Below, in pieces: positions 25,203 through 27,752 of a stretch of DNA of 27,752 bases. Origin of the DNA: a virus. Taxonomy: Duplodnaviria; Caudoviricetes. The stretch spans positions 1 through 27,752 of IMG/VR virus record IMGVR_UViG_3300025099_000107. One strand, 5' to 3'. Each line of letters starts with the position of its first letter. Within the stretch, counting starts at the first letter, position 1. A model generated the notes under the pieces. It had not been told where the DNA came from. It did not search any database and was given only the letters and a program-made list of their open reading frames with translations. The translations under genes and the position numbers were made by a program.

Positions 25203-27611
25203 TTAAAATTCTATTTCTCCGTTAACTTCTAATTCTTGTTTATGTCTAAATCTAATCCATCTTGAAGTGTCTCTACCTTCCTCTGGATCACAATCATATT
25301 TAAATTGGTTATAAGCTATAAGCCATTTGTTAAACTTGATTCTAGATACTGTCATTTTTGCCTTCGGGGCAAAGTCAGGATTGTCTTCTATAAAATCCAT
25401 ATATAATTCTTGTTTATATACTCTTTTATTTACTTCAAGTTTATCATTAGGTGGCATACCCTTAACTAATCCGCACCACTCAATAAATTCATGACAAGTT
25501 TCAGCTGACAACCTTCTAATCTTTAAATTAACAAACTGACTTTTGATTAAACCATGGTCAAGATATATCTGTAAGCATTCAATCATAAAGTTATCAAAGC
25601 TACACCACTCATCTTCATTCCATTCTCCAAACATTAATTTACCAAACTCTTTTAGTGGCGTAAACTCCTTGGTATAATGTTGCGCTAATTCAAGCTCCCA
25701 CTTTCTTCTTTCAAATGAGCTTCCTTTTCCTTTTATTGCATAATTAGTTGTAATACAAACTTTTGGAGATTTACTAAAAGGTATTTTAATAGCATCTTTA
25801 TTTTTCTTTTCCAAAGTCAAACCTTCTGTAACGACAGAAAATAATCTTTCGAAATTAAAATGCTTGCTTACATCATCAAAACAAAGTATTTGTGTGTCAG
25901 CACTTACGAGTTGATAAGCAAAACTTTTTTCAAAATTAAAAGACTTACCATCGATTACTACTAATTTTTTCATGTGTGACAAAGCGTTCATAAACAATCC
26001 TTTACCTGTTCCTCCTTCAGGATTATCTGAAATTACTTCATCGTTAAGTATGGTAGCGGGGCAGTAAGATAAATTTTTCCATGCATGTAGTAAATATCCA
26101 ATCGTAGACTTCATGGATTTAATTCTACTTTCCTCATTACCGCAGATGTTGTTTATAAATGTTTTGTAATCACAATCTGTTGAATCACACTTAATGTATG
26201 GTCTATCAATCACATGATCTTTCCATACATAACCTCCTAAATCTAAATAATCAATAGCTGTTATTGAATCGTATGTAATTTTTACAGCAGAATTATTAAA
26301 GTAAAGATATGCTGTTGTCTTTGTGTCCTCAATAAAATACACATCTATAGAAGACAATAGAGTTAAAAACTCTTCTCTAAAATACCTAGTGTTTTCGGCA
26401 AAGTAATTGTATGCCTGAAACTCATCCAATTGAATAAGATAATTGAGTATAAAATCTTTTATTTCTTTTTCTGACGTATGATCAATTAAATTGTTAGTCA
26501 CTTTAACAAAAACATAATTCTTACTGCCTTGCGGATTAAACTTATAAAAGCCATGTTCTTCTAAAAAATTTTTAAAATAAATGTGTACTATTTTTATAAC
26601 ACCTTTATCAGATTGAGTCCAAAACTTAGAGTTTAATTGTTCTTCTTCGATTCGAGTAATTACATTATCAATAACTCCGATCTCAATTTTCGAATCTTCT
26701 AATTCAGATCGGATCTCTTTTTTTGATACTCCTCTTTTCAATTTAGCCCTTACTCGATCTACTTTTTCTTGATCTTCATAATATTTTGTTCCAAAATTCT
26801 GAACCTGTTGATAAGCGGAAGATATAGTTCTTTTAATTTCAGTTTTATTGAAATCTTTGCTAGCATAACTATTCAAGACATACTCCGCTAAAGTTTTAGA
26901 AACACCAAAATCATTAAATGCAGAAGCTAACACATAAACATTATGGTTTCTTTGTCCCTCTATCATTGGGTATTTTTTTTCCCACCATTTTATGAGTATA
27001 TCTACAATTTTATTTTCATCTGTAATAGGTATTGTAGGAAGGTCTACATTTTTTTCTACCTCTGTGTATTGTTCTTCATAAATTTGATCCCAAGTGTTTG
27101 AATTGTGATTTACATGAATTAACGGATCATAAGATTCGTAACATACCCTTGATATATTTTTAGATGTTTTGTCAAAATATTCTGAATTAAAATATTCTTC
27201 GAGACTATTAAAATAATTTTTATGGTTTTCTACATCAGTAGGTATTTTAACTAAAGCTTTTAATCCTTTGCCACTAGGAGATATGAAAACGCAATAAACA
27301 TATTTATCTTTACTCAGCTTTTCTTTTTCCATTAACATAGTTTTGTTAGATGGATAACCGTCAAAGTCTAAACAAATTAAACCGCTGTGTTCTTGTAAAG
27401 AGTTGTCGTTTCTTTTATTAAAAGTTCCACTAAAACATATAGCGGGAAGTTTTTGTTTTAATCTATTTTTGTTGTCTTTGTTTTTTTCAGCTCTAATTTT
27501 TTTTACTAAATCTTTGGATGAGCCTTCTCGAATTCTTTTTATTATAACCTCTACGTTTCTATAAAACGGCTGAGAGGTATCTTTAATATCTTTAAATATA
27601 GTTATTTGCAT
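25203..27611 (-). CDS. Primase-helicase: VirE-N/BT4734-type AEP primase domain, primase C-terminal helical domain and P-loop NTPase; 802 aa
   Basis: Primase motifs LKQKLPAICFSGTF, HSGLICLDFD, FISPSGKGLK and RVCYESYDP; PriCT-like GQRNH; Walker A GGTGKG; Walker B ILCFDD; ITTN. Confidence 0.85.
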   Translation of the reverse strand: MQITIFKDIKDTSQPFYRNVEVIIKRIREGSSKDLVKKIRAEKNKDNKNRLKQKLPAICFSGTFNKRNDNSLQEHSGLICLDFDGYPSNKTMLMEKEKLSKDKYVYCVFISPSGKGLKALVKIPTDVENHKNYFNSLEEYFNSEYFDKTSKNISRVCYESYDPLIHVNHNSNTWDQIYEEQYTEVEKNVDLPTIPITDENKIVDILIKWWEKKYPMIEGQRNHNVYVLASAFNDFGVSKTLAEYVLNSYASKDFNKTEIKRTISSAYQQVQNFGTKYYEDQEKVDRVRAKLKRGVSKKEIRSELEDSKIEIGVIDNVITRIEEEQLNSKFWTQSDKGVIKIVHIYFKNFLEEHGFYKFNPQGSKNYVFVKVTNNLIDHTSEKEIKDFILNYLIQLDEFQAYNYFAENTRYFREEFLTLLSSIDVYFIEDTKTTAYLYFNNSAVKITYDSITAIDYLDLGGYVWKDHVIDRPYIKCDSTDCDYKTFINNICGNEESRIKSMKSTIGYLLHAWKNLSYCPATILNDEVISDNPEGGTGKGLFMNALSHMKKLVVIDGKSFNFEKSFAYQLVSADTQILCFDDVSKHFNFERLFSVVTEGLTLEKKNKDAIKIPFSKSPKVCITTNYAIKGKGSSFERRKWELELAQHYTKEFTPLKEFGKLMFGEWNEDEWCSFDNFMIECLQIYLDHGLIKSQFVNLKIRRLSAETCHEFIEWCGLVKGMPPNDKLEVNKRVYKQELYMDFIEDNPDFAPKAKMTVSRIKFNKWLIAYNQFKYDCDPEEGRDTSRWIRFRHKQELEVNGEIEF

Positions 27612-27625
27612 GCTTGTTTTAAATT

Positions 27626-27673
27626 AAAAAAAAAAAAAGAGGGATGGAAGTGCAATCTTAAACTTTCCCTCTT
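27626..27673 (-). terminator. Rho-independent terminator upstream of the primase gene
   Basis: Minus strand reads AAGAGGGA-AAGT-ttaagattgc-ACTT-cca-TCCCTCTT and runs into a T13 tract. Confidence 0.65.
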
Positions 27674-27691
27674 CCTTTTTAAAGTGTTAGA

Positions 27692-27751
27692 TTAAAAATC
27701 TAGTCCGTCATCTACCTGTGGTGTATTGACAGTTGCTTCTGAATTTTCAGG
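27692..27751 (-). CDS. 3' end of a gene cut by the window edge, with an SSB-like acidic tail (...PENSEATVNTPQVDDGLDF*)
   Basis: Disordered linker ending DDGLDF, like SSB C-terminal tips (DDDLPF type). It is followed by a terminator and lies next to the primase. Confidence 0.55.
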   Translation of the reverse strand, partial: PENSEATVNTPQVDDGLDF

Positions 27752-27752
27752 T

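Noticed and set aside
1-27752. tRNA, rRNA, intron or intein
   Set aside because: Intergenic gaps are all under ~80 nt and are explained by terminators or promoters. No cloverleaf, splice or intein motifs were recognised by eye.

Overview
AT-rich fragment of a tailed dsDNA bacteriophage, most likely a podovirus of Bacteroidota (Flavobacteriia), with a virion module organised like those of crAss-like and Cellulophaga-type podophages. The host inference rests on TAnnTTTG-type promoter boxes, A-rich starts without Shine-Dalgarno motifs, and a VirE-N/BT4734-type primase. The + strand (1-21835) carries the probable major capsid protein C-terminus, ring/adaptor proteins, and a tail nozzle/stabilisation gene that appears split in two around a ~4 kb block with about 13 Cys-rich repeat modules. 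It continues with a cupin, ejection proteins, and a 2114-aa polyvalent internal protein with an ADP-ribosyltransferase-like domain. The - strand (21800-27752) carries a replication module: SSB-like tail, primase-helicase, SF2 helicase, VRR-NUC nuclease, small ORFs and a metallophosphoesterase. The most notable signals lie inside the giant gene. One is a fully nested +1-frame gene for a 51-aa very basic peptide (MPFKSQAQRRW...). The other is an A10 slippery run followed by a GC3-anomalous segment, where a -1 shift would add an Arg/aromatic-rich tail. All family assignments come from motif recognition by eye; no searches were run.
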